NCBI GenBank assembly: GCA_965539945.1
Contig: CBETWD010000002.1
Span: 1-49,148, forward strand
Length of the DNA stretch: 49,148 nt
Reading direction: 5' to 3'
Origin: an uncultured bacterium
GTDB lineage: Bacteria; Desulfobacterota; Dissulfuribacteria; Dissulfuribacterales; UBA3076
The position numbers and the translations under genes are program-made. Shown here one piece after another: positions 1 through 8,701 of the stretch (its first letter is position 1; each line of letters begins with the position of its first letter). The notes beneath the pieces were generated by a model. The model had not been told where the DNA came from, ran no database searches, and saw only the letters and a list, made by a program, of their open reading frames with translations.

Positions 1-92
1 CCCTTTTTTACCGGCAATTTATTCTGGGAAGTGATGATATTAAGTTTCATTTTTTTCTCCTGTGATTTCTCACGCTATTCCTTTTCTTCCTC

Positions 93-246
93 GTAACCGT
101 TCACGGGATTACAACGCCCGTTTCAACCCACCGAACTGTAAGCGTTTACATGGTGCTGCAGATGCGAGGCGGAGGGTACGCAGACGTACTCCCTGTACTT
201 CAAGTGCCCGACAACAAAGCAGATGCGGTGCCATGTGAACGCTTAC
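93..246 (-). mobile_element. MITE copy 1 (154 bp, reverse orientation), IS66-like termini, 8-bp TSD TCTTCCTC at 85-92 and 247-254
   Basis: The ends are GTAACCGTTCAC...GTGAACGCTTAC. The sequence matches 16483-16642 and 40585-40743 in reverse complement. The flanking 8-bp direct repeat is perfect. There is a ~6-nt internal deletion relative to the other copies and no ORF. Confidence 0.85.
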
Positions 247-2654
247 TCTTCCTCTTCTTTTTGCATGAAGAGCTTAGCCTCTTCAGCAAGTTTTTTCAGC
301 CTGTCATTTACTTTTGCAAATACTGAATCTTCCGGATAGCTTCCGTCAGGTCCGGGGATTCCGGCAGGTTGGCCTGTCAATATCTCCATGCCTTCTTCCA
401 CCTTGGATATGGCCCAGATCTGAAACTTGCCCTGCTTTACTGCCTCTATCACTTCGGGTTTGAGCATCAGGTCCTTGACGTTGGTTTCCGGGATTATTAC
501 TCCCTGCTCTCCGGTCAAGTTCCTCGCCTTGCAGATGTCGAAGAAACCCTCGATTTTTCTGGTGACACCCCCTACGGGTAGAATTTCTCCTTTTTGGCTC
601 ATAGCCCCGGTTACGGCAATGCCCTGGTCAAGCGGCACGTCAGAGAGCGCTGACAACAGGGCGAACAGCTCTGCACCGGAGGCGGAGTCTCCATCGACCA
701 TGCCGTAGCTCTGCTCAAAGCATATGGAGGCGGTGAGGCTTAATGGGCGGTCTGCCGCAAAGTGGGCCTTTAGATACCCGGCCAGGATCATCACGCCTTT
801 GGTGTGAATGCTGCCGCTGAGATCAGCCTCTCTTTCCAGGTTTACAACACCTTCTTTGCCGAGAGCTATATTCACAGTGATCCTGGAGGGTTTGCCGAAT
901 ATATAGTCACCAAGATCATAGATGGACAGCCCATTTACCTGGCCCACGGCCTTACCGGTTGTTTCCACCTTAAGGATATCTTTTTTGAGCATTTCATGCA
1001 GATGATCCTCATACAGGCTGCACCTATAAGCCTTTTCATCAATTGCTTTTTGGATATGCTTATCCTCGATAAGTTCGCTGTTTTCAGATTTTGCCCAGAA
1101 ATCCGCTTCTCGTAACAAGTCTGCAAGATCCGATATTTTTAGACTGAGCTTTTCCTGGGACCCTGCCAGCTCGGAGCTGAACTCTATAAGACTTGCGACT
1201 CCGCTCATGTGCATGTCCCTAAGATTTTCCCGCTCTACAAGGGCCTTGGTTGAGCGCATGAATTGCTCCAACCTCTCTTCGTTCCTGTCAACATGGACGT
1301 CAAGGTGGGCCTTGACTTTGAAAAGTTCTTTAAAGTCTTCGTCGTAGTTATAAAGTAGTTGATAAATGAACGGATTTCCCATAAGTACTATCTTTATACG
1401 CAAAGGGATCGGTTCGGGTTTCAAAGCCTTGGTTGTGAATAGTCCGAACTGTTCTCCAGGGTCTTCTATCTCGATTTTTCTATTTCTTAATGCCCTTTTC
1501 AGGGCTTCATATGAAAAAGGCCATTTTAAGAGATCAAGGGCCTTTATGAGTAGATAACCGCCGTTTGCACGGTGAATTGCGCCTGACTTGATCATGGTAA
1601 AATCTGTAAAAAGGGCACCGAACTGGGCCTTACGTTCAACAACACCAAACAGGTTTGGATAGCTCGGGTTGCTTTCTATAACAACGGGTGCCCCCTTGGT
1701 CTCTGAATTATCAACCAGTATGTTTACTTCGTACTGGGTAAAGGACGGACCAGCTCCTGGAAATGGAAAGGGCAAAGCCTGAGTAGCTTCGCTTTTAGGG
1801 CGGAAGTCATCCATGTGCCGGACCACGTCGTCTCTTACATCAGCAAAGTAGTCACAGAGTGTTTTGATTGATTCATATTTTTTCTTCAGGGGTTCCAGTA
1901 AGGAGTCAACTGTCTGGCTGACAACCTCCTGATTCAGCTCTTTCAGCTTCCGGCGCACGGACTGTTCTGACTGTTGAATGCGCCTCATGGCATCTCCCAT
2001 ATCCTTGTGGAATGCTTCACTCTTGGCCTTGAGCTCTTTCCGCTCCTCTTCAGACATCTTTGACAGATCCTCAGGGGTGAGAGCCGTACCGTCTTCCTTT
2101 GCCGGAACTACCATCATGACTGACTGATCTGACTGCAGTAGAAAGCCATTTTCGCGCACCTTATTATCCAGCTTCTGGAATACATTTTTCCGGTCTTTAT
2201 TGAATGCCTTTATCACCTCTTCCTTCCGGGAAATATACGTCTCGGCTTCAAAGACTTTAGGTATTTGGAGCTTCAGTTCATCCAGCAAGTCTGCCATGTC
2301 CTTCTTGAATTCCCGGCCCTTGCCCTCCTGAAGCTCCACTCCGGAAGGTTTGTCCGGGTTACGGAAGTTGTAGACATAACACCAGTCAGAAGTTTGAGGG
2401 TGAGTGTCTTTGGCTACTTCCTCTACATAAGACCGGGCCAGTTCGGAAAGCCCTGTTTCATTGATCCCTGCAACATATATGTTGAAATCAGGATGTTCCA
2501 TCCTCAGGCCGAAAGTGAGGGCCTGGATGGCTCTTTCCTGGGCCACTAAAGGCCTTTCCTCAGTCTTAAGCCGGCTCAGTTGTTGAAATCCCAGGCTTTG
2601 AGGATCTATGTTCAGACGGAGTTTTTCCGGATCCAGTGGTACGATGGTAGTCAT
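243..2654 (-). CDS. Lon-like protease (COG1067/LonC-like) with degenerate ATPase motifs
   Basis: 803-aa ORF. The C-terminal Lon proteolytic domain has Ser context VDGDSASGAELFALLSAL and Lys context GGVTRKIEG. The AAA-like N-terminal half has no GK[ST] at the Walker A position (GINETGLS), and the Walker B position reads GGYLLIKALD rather than DE. There is a long charged helical insertion. The stop codon TAA (243-245) lies inside the MITE terminus. Confidence 0.85.
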   Translation of the reverse strand: MTTIVPLDPEKLRLNIDPQSLGFQQLSRLKTEERPLVAQERAIQALTFGLRMEHPDFNIYVAGINETGLSELARSYVEEVAKDTHPQTSDWCYVYNFRNPDKPSGVELQEGKGREFKKDMADLLDELKLQIPKVFEAETYISRKEEVIKAFNKDRKNVFQKLDNKVRENGFLLQSDQSVMMVVPAKEDGTALTPEDLSKMSEEERKELKAKSEAFHKDMGDAMRRIQQSEQSVRRKLKELNQEVVSQTVDSLLEPLKKKYESIKTLCDYFADVRDDVVRHMDDFRPKSEATQALPFPFPGAGPSFTQYEVNILVDNSETKGAPVVIESNPSYPNLFGVVERKAQFGALFTDFTMIKSGAIHRANGGYLLIKALDLLKWPFSYEALKRALRNRKIEIEDPGEQFGLFTTKALKPEPIPLRIKIVLMGNPFIYQLLYNYDEDFKELFKVKAHLDVHVDRNEERLEQFMRSTKALVERENLRDMHMSGVASLIEFSSELAGSQEKLSLKISDLADLLREADFWAKSENSELIEDKHIQKAIDEKAYRCSLYEDHLHEMLKKDILKVETTGKAVGQVNGLSIYDLGDYIFGKPSRITVNIALGKEGVVNLEREADLSGSIHTKGVMILAGYLKAHFAADRPLSLTASICFEQSYGMVDGDSASGAELFALLSALSDVPLDQGIAVTGAMSQKGEILPVGGVTRKIEGFFDICKARNLTGEQGVIIPETNVKDLMLKPEVIEAVKQGKFQIWAISKVEEGMEILTGQPAGIPGPDGSYPEDSVFAKVNDRLKKLAEEAKLFMQKEEEE

Positions 2655-2693
2655 GGAAATCGCAACCTTTCGTAATTTATTGTAAATTTAAGT

Positions 2694-3016
2694 GTAACCG
2701 TTCACGGGTTCAGGGTTACACATTAAAGGATGAACGTCGAACATCGAACATCGAACGTCCAACATCGAATGAAAAACAAATATCCAATACCGAGCATTCA
2801 ACGGCTATTTCTGTTTCCTCTAAAATATCATTTAGTAGTTCAGATTTTTTAATTAGCAGCCTTTCTTCCAGGTCATAAGTCTGTTTCTTCATCTTTTCCC
2901 ATTCAAAATTCGATGTTGGACGTTCGATGTTCATCTTTTCCTTGTCCCTTGACCCTTGACCCCTGCCCCTTGAACCCCTGAACCCTGAACCTTTGAACCC
3001 CGAACGGTCACGGTTT
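2694..3016. repeat. Composite palindromic repeat block (IR-like GTAACCGTTCACGGG end, TCGAACATCGAAC-type inverted repeats, 7-8-bp GGTTCA-type array)
   Basis: 2694-2720 reads GTAACCGTTCACGGGTTCAGGGTTAC. The inverted pair 2731-2770 (gaacgtcgaacatcgaacatcgaacgtccaacatcgaa) and 2906-2935 (ttcgatgttggacgttcgatgttcatc) flanks about 135 bp. 2941-2998 holds reverse-oriented GGTTCA-type units, and the block ends GAACGGTCACGG. Confidence 0.7.
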
Positions 3017-3021
3017 TTCTA

Positions 3022-4044
3022 TCACCTTCTCTTACGATCTAAGTGCTCATAGGCAAGATCTGTTGCAATCCTGCCTCTGGAGGTCCTGTGCATGTAGCCT
3101 CTTTGTATTAAAAAGGGCTCATAGACATCTTCCAGTGTGCCTTTTTCTTCTCCTACAGATGTGGCAAGGGTATCAAGCCCGACCGGCCCGCCCTTGAACT
3201 TGTCTATGATGGAAGCGAGAATTTCACGGTCCATGCGGTCAAGACCCTGATGGTCAACTTCCAGCAAACGCAGGGCCTTGTCTGCTATCTGACGGGATAC
3301 GCTTCCGTCGGCCCTGACCTCAGCATAGTCCCGGACTCTCCTTAAGAGCCTGTTTGCTATTCTAGGGGTACCTCTTGACCTCTTTGCGATCTCAAGAGCA
3401 CCTTGTTGGTCAATTTCAATGACCATGAGCCCGGCAGACCGGTTAACAATTGTGCATAGTTCGTCATCCTGGTAAAAGTCTACTCTCAGTACTACCCCAA
3501 AGCGATCCCTGAGGGGCGGTGAGAGCAGCCCGGCCCTTGTAGTTGCCCCAACCAGAGTAAAATGCGGAATATCAATCTTGATGGTCCTTGCACTGGGGCC
3601 TTGTCCGATTATCAGATCCAACTGAAAGTCCTCCATTGCAGGGTAGAGTATTTCCTCCACCACAGGACTCAGCCGGTGAATTTCATCAATGAACAGTACG
3701 TCTCCCTGCTGTAAATTGGTCAGTATGGCAGCCAGATCTCCCGGCCTTTCTATCACAGGACCAGAGGTGGATCTGAAGTTCACCCCAAGCTCTGTTGCAA
3801 TTATGTGGGCAAGAGTGGTCTTGCCCAGGCCGGGCTGCCCGTGGATCAATACATGGTCAAGGGCCTCGCCTCTTTTTCTTGCTGCAGTAATAAAGACATC
3901 GAGGCTGGCCTTAACCTCCTGTTGGCCTATATATTCAGAAAGAGATTTAGGCCTTATCCCAGGCTCGAAAGATTTGTCTTCCTGCAAGGGTTCAGGGCTC
4001 AGATTCGTGTCATCCGTTCTGTTTGCGATGTTTTCTGCTGTCAT
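3022..4044 (-). CDS. ruvB: Holliday junction branch migration helicase RuvB
   Basis: 340 aa. Walker A is [11 protein letters not shown] and Walker B is FIDEIHRL, with a typical RuvB C-terminus. The start overlaps the ruvA stop by 4 bp (ATGA). Confidence 0.97.
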   Translation of the reverse strand: MTAENIANRTDDTNLSPEPLQEDKSFEPGIRPKSLSEYIGQQEVKASLDVFITAARKRGEALDHVLIHGQPGLGKTTLAHIIATELGVNFRSTSGPVIERPGDLAAILTNLQQGDVLFIDEIHRLSPVVEEILYPAMEDFQLDLIIGQGPSARTIKIDIPHFTLVGATTRAGLLSPPLRDRFGVVLRVDFYQDDELCTIVNRSAGLMVIEIDQQGALEIAKRSRGTPRIANRLLRRVRDYAEVRADGSVSRQIADKALRLLEVDHQGLDRMDREILASIIDKFKGGPVGLDTLATSVGEEKGTLEDVYEPFLIQRGYMHRTSRGRIATDLAYEHLDRKRR

Positions 4045-4676
4045 GCCTGTTTTGTACGACTTTTTGCCAGACCCTGCAGGGCTTTTTTCACCAGATCTTC
4101 AAGGCTTGCACTATCACCTGCAGATGCAAAAGCCCTGGCAAGGGCGGCTTTTGTCTCAGATGAACCATAACCAAGATGCGTAAGTGCTGAGAGTGCGTCA
4201 TCCCACAGGTCTCCCTTACCCGGTTGCTCAATATGCGGGGATGATTCCATATCCCACTGTCTCTTCGTTAGTATGGCCTTGGCCTTTTCCTTTAGATCAA
4301 TACACAGTCTTGCCGCGGTCTTTTCGCCTATACCTTGGATGGCCCTAAGTCTTTTATTTTCTTCTCTGGCCAGTATCTGTAAAAGTTCTTCAGCAGAGAG
4401 CATTGACAGGATATTCAGTGCCAGTCTGGGGCCTACTCCTGAAACTTCCAGCAACAGCCTGAACATGTCCCTGGCTTCAATTGTTTCAAATCCATAGAGT
4501 GAAAGCGTGTCGTCCTTCCACACAAGGTGGGTAAAGACTGTCAGTTCATTACCGGATGGAGGCAATTTGGCCAGGGATGAAGAGGGCATCTGAATTTCAT
4601 AGCCGACTCCATTCACATCAATTATAACACCCCTGTCCCATTGACCCTGTTTCTCGCCCCTGATATAGCCGATCAT
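4041..4676 (-). CDS. ruvA: Holliday junction DNA-binding protein RuvA
   Basis: The ORF is open to 4736, but the canonical RuvA N-terminus MIGYIRGE starts at the ATG at 4676-4674. That ATG overlaps the ruvC TGA (4678-4676) by 1 nt. HhH motifs are present ([23 protein letters not shown]). Confidence 0.93.
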   Translation of the reverse strand: MIGYIRGEKQGQWDRGVIIDVNGVGYEIQMPSSSLAKLPPSGNELTVFTHLVWKDDTLSLYGFETIEARDMFRLLLEVSGVGPRLALNILSMLSAEELLQILAREENKRLRAIQGIGEKTAARLCIDLKEKAKAILTKRQWDMESSPHIEQPGKGDLWDDALSALTHLGYGSSETKAALARAFASAGDSASLEDLVKKALQGLAKSRTKQA

Positions 4677-5188
4677 CAGCCTTTCCTTTTCGCGGAATCG
4701 GGTATTAGCCGGCTGCCCGAAGAGTGGGCATGGCATATAGCCACAGCAAGTGCATCCGCAGCATCCTGGGCGGGTTTTTTGGACAGGTTGAGGAGTACCC
4801 TGACCATGTGTTGCACCTGAGTCTTTTCCGCCCTGCCGTAGCCAACCACTGCCTGTTTAACCGTCATTGGCGAGTACTCGAATACAGGGAGACCTCCATG
4901 GACTGCCGCCAGAATTACCGCCCCCCTGGCATGACCAAGTAGCAAAGCAGCCCTGGCGTTAACTGAATGAAAGACTCCTTCCACTGCTGAGACTGTTGGA
5001 TTGTGCCGGCCTATTACTTCCTTTAGACCTGAATAGAGTCTTTCGAGCCGCTCTGCAAAGGTGAGTTCCGCGCGCGGACGGATGATACCTGCATTGACAA
5101 AATGGAGCCTGTTATCCTGCCATGACACAATTCCATAACCGGTAGCCCGCGATCCGGGGTCAATACCCAGGATGATCTCCCTTGGCAT
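4676..5188 (-). CDS. ruvC: Crossover junction endodeoxyribonuclease RuvC
   Basis: 170 aa. The N-terminus ILGIDPGSRATGYG is the RuvC catalytic Asp motif. The gene sits in the conserved yebC-ruvCAB order. Confidence 0.95.
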   Translation of the reverse strand: MPREIILGIDPGSRATGYGIVSWQDNRLHFVNAGIIRPRAELTFAERLERLYSGLKEVIGRHNPTVSAVEGVFHSVNARAALLLGHARGAVILAAVHGGLPVFEYSPMTVKQAVVGYGRAEKTQVQHMVRVLLNLSKKPAQDAADALAVAICHAHSSGSRLIPDSAKRKG

Positions 5189-5190
5189 CC

Positions 5191-5940
5191 TTAGCCGACC
5201 TTTTCAAGGATTTTATCAGGAATATCAAAGTTGGCGTAAACGTTCTGGACATCGCTGTTTTCTTCCAGTGCCTCCATAAGTATCAGGAGTTGGCCTGCCT
5301 GCTTCTCGTCCTCGATACTGACTGTGTTGCCGGGTAACATGGTGATTTCGGCGGACAGTACAGGGATGTTATCGGCCTCCAGGGCGGACTTTACGTCTTC
5401 AAAGGCTTCAGGGGCAGTGTATACCTCCCATTCGAATTCCTGCTCTTGTATATCTTCGGCATTTGCTTCAAGGGCTATAGTCATAAGGGTTTCTTCATCG
5501 GCCTTGTCCTTCTCAACCAGTATGAGTCCTTTTTTCTCGAATATCCAGGCCACGCTTCCCGGCTCTCCAAGGTTGCCGCCCCTTTTAGCAAAGAGATGCC
5601 GCACATCCGCTACGGTGCGCTGGCGGTTGTCTGAAATAGTTTCAACCAGTATTGCCACTCCTCCCGGACCGTAACCCTCATATGTGACTTCCTCGTAATT
5701 TGCCCCCTCAAGTTCGCCGGTACCCTTCTTAATTGCCCGCTCTATATTGTCCTTGGGCATATTTTCGGCCTTTGCAGCCGCTATTGCAGTCCTCAGTCTT
5801 GGGTTGGCTGCAAGGTCTCCACCACCTATACGGGTGGCTACCGTTACTTCCTTTATGATCTTGGAGAAAGCTTTACCACGCTTGGCGTCCTGTGCCGCCT
5901 TTTTATGTTTTATTGTGCTCCACTTTGAATGACCGGACAT
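5191..5940 (-). CDS. yebC: YebC/PmpR family DNA-binding transcriptional regulator
   Basis: 249 aa starting [23 protein letters not shown], the hallmark YebC N-terminus. Confidence 0.95.
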   Translation of the reverse strand: MSGHSKWSTIKHKKAAQDAKRGKAFSKIIKEVTVATRIGGGDLAANPRLRTAIAAAKAENMPKDNIERAIKKGTGELEGANYEEVTYEGYGPGGVAILVETISDNRQRTVADVRHLFAKRGGNLGEPGSVAWIFEKKGLILVEKDKADEETLMTIALEANAEDIQEQEFEWEVYTAPEAFEDVKSALEADNIPVLSAEITMLPGNTVSIEDEKQAGQLLILMEALEENSDVQNVYANFDIPDKILEKVG

Positions 5941-5970
5941 AAGGCCTCCATTTTAAGATTTTTTGTAGAC

Positions 5971-6028
5971 GTTCAGAGGTTCAGAGGTTCAAAGGTTCAG
6001 GGTTATCTCTGAACCTCTGAACGGTTAC
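5971..6028. repeat. GTTCAGAG-type 8-bp array forming a hairpin, ending in an IR-like TGAACGGTTAC
   Basis: The sequence is gttcagag gttcagag gttcaaag gttcaggg ttatct ctgaacctctgaac ggttac. It is intergenic, between the yebC start and the GTPase gene end. Confidence 0.8.
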
Positions 6029-6078
6029 AATTTTTTCAAGATACTATAAAACCCAAGATTTTTCTAAAAGGCAAGGCA

Positions 6079-7440
6079 CTAAATGCGTTCGAAAAAATGA
6101 CTTAGGTCTTTATCGAGAAAGTGCTTTATCTTTCCAAGGTAGCGGCCATGTGTAATCAATATCTGTCTCCTGGCTTGGTCCTCTATGAGTTTATGTATCC
6201 GGTGTTTCACCCTGTTCCAGAGATCCTTTTTGTAGGCGGTCTCAAGGGGGATCAAGTTATCAAGGTCTTTTAGAGTATTTTTTGTGAATTTGGGAAAAAG
6301 TATCCGTTGAACATACAGAGAAGCTAATGCCACGACCAGCATGGCCCACACAATCGGCCAAAGGAAATGTTCAAAACTCATATTCCCGGCCAGCAGGGCC
6401 CCTGCAAGCGGGGTGTCCGGATAACCGGTTAAAAGATTTATAATCAGATCTCCAAAGAAGAAGGCCAGTATGGCGGCCATACCCCATGTGCGGAGGACCC
6501 CTTTGAATTTATGAATGAATCGTTTTTGGAAAGCGACCATGGCCTCTATTTCCAGGCCAAGTTCCCTTACGACTCGATCCACTTCCTGGAGTATGTGGTT
6601 TAGTCTCATCTTTGGTGCTGAACTCATGGTCTGTTTGAGTTCTTCCCGTTCATTCATCCATGCTTCAAAGCCCGTGGGAGGCACTTTGCCCTCCTGAGGC
6701 GCAAAGGTAAGATATATCCTTGGCATATCCTTTCTGCCTGTCATCTGTGAAAGATTCCAGCACAAGGTCCCATAAGACCTCAAAAGGTCGGACACGCTTT
6801 CGCATTCGTCAATTCGATTCAGTACGTAAATGACCCTGTCTTCTCCGGTGGAGCCGGGGAGAGTACTCCGGATGGCCTGATAAGTTTCCTTTATTGTTCC
6901 TGCCTTGTGGGGATCGAACATCAGGATGATGAGGTCTGCCAGCTTTGCTAGTTCTCCCACTACACCAAGGTAATCATAGCCCCTATCCTTTTCTGTGACC
7001 GAATCCAGCATTCCCGGGGTATCTATGATGGCAAAATCTTGGAGTATGGGAGTATTTGTCACCCTTTTTAAACGCATATGGGATAGAAGGCTTTCACCAA
7101 AGTGCCTCAGGGGAGCAAAAGGGAGACGCTCATCATTTACTACTGTGCCGCCGGGTACTTCTCCCTCCGGTTCGTTGGGCTCTGGTGCGGCCAGGATGGT
7201 AAAACTGTCATCAGTAGGTGCCTGACCTGTGCGCTGGATTTGGCTTCCCAGGATTTCGTTGATAAAGGTCGATTTCCCGGATGAGTAGTTGCCGATTATA
7301 AGGACCACCGGCTTCCATTTAAGGGGAGTAAGCAGGTCCTTGATGTCCAGGCCGTAACGCTCAAAAAGTGGCCCCATCTTGTTCCGCAGTAGTTGTTCAA
7401 GCTCTTTTGTCAGGGTCTCAGCGGCCCTTCCTGTTTCCAT
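6079..7440 (-). CDS. Dynamin-family (EHD-like) GTPase with a C-terminal membrane hairpin
   Basis: 453 aa. G1 is GNYSSGKSTFIN, G3 is IIDTPG and G4 is NRID. A hydrophobic stretch AAILAFFFGDLIINLL...IVWAMLVVALASLYV lies near the C-terminus. Confidence 0.75.
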   Translation of the reverse strand: METGRAAETLTKELEQLLRNKMGPLFERYGLDIKDLLTPLKWKPVVLIIGNYSSGKSTFINEILGSQIQRTGQAPTDDSFTILAAPEPNEPEGEVPGGTVVNDERLPFAPLRHFGESLLSHMRLKRVTNTPILQDFAIIDTPGMLDSVTEKDRGYDYLGVVGELAKLADLIILMFDPHKAGTIKETYQAIRSTLPGSTGEDRVIYVLNRIDECESVSDLLRSYGTLCWNLSQMTGRKDMPRIYLTFAPQEGKVPPTGFEAWMNEREELKQTMSSAPKMRLNHILQEVDRVVRELGLEIEAMVAFQKRFIHKFKGVLRTWGMAAILAFFFGDLIINLLTGYPDTPLAGALLAGNMSFEHFLWPIVWAMLVVALASLYVQRILFPKFTKNTLKDLDNLIPLETAYKKDLWNRVKHRIHKLIEDQARRQILITHGRYLGKIKHFLDKDLSHFFERI

Positions 7441-7834
7441 ACAGAACTCCTCACAGGCACTTGCATTCCTGATACAAGGGCAATTCTATAGTCAAGTTGG
7501 TTGCAATATAGGACCTTATCATAGCAATTAACAGCACAGTCACCAATAGTATCGTTGAAAAGTCTTGATGCCTGTCCAAAATGTAGTCCATCAATTGGTC
7601 TGAGGCTATAGATTTTCAGATAAATAATTTCAACTGAGCCATTTGGAAAGCTTAGAATTTTATTAATTGGCTTATACCACTACTGGTAGTGGTATCATAG
7701 GAGGGTTCTGTCATTATAGGAATTATGGAGAATAGTAAGGATATGACATAGATTATGATTAAGCCGCCGGTTTGGCAGATAGCCCGAGTCTGTGTTCGTC
7801 TTGTGTGTCGAGCGAGCGGAGTGAGGGGGTGGGG

Positions 7835-7879
7835 AATTTACATGCCTGGGGTTGATGAAAGCCCCGGGCATGTAAATTT
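7835..7879. other. Strong hairpin (about 17-bp arms) downstream of the FmdB-like gene
   Basis: The arms are aatttacatgcctgggg and ccccgggcatgtaaatt around a 10-nt loop. No U-tract follows on either strand, so this is not a canonical intrinsic terminator. Confidence 0.4.
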
Positions 7880-7924
7880 AGGTTTCGATCGCGAGCAAAA
7901 TTACAATTGCCGGCTCCGGACCTA

Positions 7925-8176
7925 CTAGACCTTTCCGCAGCAGGACCCTGGACCTGCACAGTTCGGGGCCTCTCCGGGGCTGAAACCGCAGCAACTCGTA
8001 TCGCCGGGGCCGGGAAGTCTTGAGCCCTGGGAGCCGGTAAAGGATGAGCTTGAGGATATCAATTTTGTAAGATCTTCAGATCCGCAGGAAGGACACTTCA
8101 CCTCGGGTTGGTTGGGAAATACCAACATCTCGTTAACGTTTCCACAGGCTTCACATCGGTATTCATAGATCGGCAT
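7925..8176 (-). CDS. FmdB-family zinc-ribbon protein with a Cys-rich tail
   Basis: MPIYEYRCEACGN...CPSCGSEDLTKLISS is the CxxC...CxxC FmdB signature. The ATG at 8176 is preceded by AGGTGA. The ORF track extends to a GTG at 8185. Confidence 0.8.
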   Translation of the reverse strand: MPIYEYRCEACGNVNEMLVFPNQPEVKCPSCGSEDLTKLISSSSSFTGSQGSRLPGPGDTSCCGFSPGEAPNCAGPGSCCGKV

Positions 8177-8228
8177 AGCATTCACCTGTTACTTAGTGCC
8201 TGAACGAAAAGGCCGTTCAGGCACAATT

Positions 8229-8313
8229 TTGAATTCTAAATTCTAAATTTTGAATTGAGGAAGAAAGAAATTATTTAATTTAGCATTCAACATTCAAAAT
8301 TCAACATTCAAAG
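8229..8313. repeat. AT-rich 7-8-bp array (TTGAATT / ATTCAAC units in opposing orientation)
   Basis: The two halves read ttgaattctaaattctaaattttgaattg and gcattcaacattcaaaattcaacattcaaag. The units are the same type as at 29325-29418. Confidence 0.65.
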
Positions 8314-8335
8314 TTTTCCCCACGGTGACAAACTT

Positions 8336-8701
8336 TTAATGTTGACACTGATGGCCTTCCTCGCCGTGTCCTTGACATGTGGGGCCTGTTATACCTTTGA
8401 GGCGGTTGGCAAGGAAGTCCTCCATCAACCGCGCCGGGTCCATAGTAGTCACACCTGCAATGACTTGTACCCCGGCAGCCGCTATTAATTCCACGGCCCT
8501 GCCTCCAATTCCTCCACATATTAAATGTGTAGCTCCCAGTTCGTGAAGCCATTGCGGCAGTGAGCCCGGCTCATGGGGAGGAGGTACAAGGAGTTGGGTC
8601 TTTGCGATATTTCCATTCTCAACATCTATTATAGCGAATTGGGCCGCATGGCCGAAATGGCTGCTCAGCATCCCGTTTTCAATTGGTATTGCAATTTTCA
8701 T
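8336..8701 (-). CDS. NifX/NifB-like (dinitrogenase Fe-Mo cofactor family) domain protein
   Basis: 121 aa. MKIAIPIENGMLSSHFGHAAQFAIIDVENG is typical of this fold family. The tail CQGHGEEGHQCQH is rich in His and Cys. The start overlaps the upstream gene's stop by 4 bp. Confidence 0.8.
   Translation of the reverse strand: MKIAIPIENGMLSSHFGHAAQFAIIDVENGNIAKTQLLVPPPHEPGSLPQWLHELGATHLICGGIGGRAVELIAAAGVQVIAGVTTMDPARLMEDFLANRLKGITGPTCQGHGEEGHQCQH

Noticed and set aside
2716-2934. The 72-aa ORF as a functional gene
   Set aside because: Both its N- and C-terminal segments are translations of the flanking inverted simple repeats. The same MNIERPTSN peptide reappears in a spurious antisense ORF at 32789-33148. 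At best it is a decayed remnant.
2941-3016. Short tandem arrays (here and at 5971, 13976, 15728, 31237 and 46739) as CRISPR arrays
   Set aside because: The period is only 7-8 bp, there are no unique spacers, and no cas genes are present. They are simple-sequence/REP-like arrays.
3689-4183. Numerous 60-170-aa ORFs antisense to or overlapping the large genes (for example 3689-4183, 9058-9507, 10867-11310, 14656-15117, 38603-39106, 47179-47736)
   Set aside because: They lie entirely within well-supported conserved genes on the opposite strand or in another frame. They have no recognisable motifs and are typical shadow ORFs.
7759-7959. The 66-aa ORF in the 7441-7924 gap
   Set aside because: It overlaps the 3' end of the FmdB-like gene, has no RBS and is low-complexity Arg/Ser/Ala. 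It spans the hairpin at 7835-7879.
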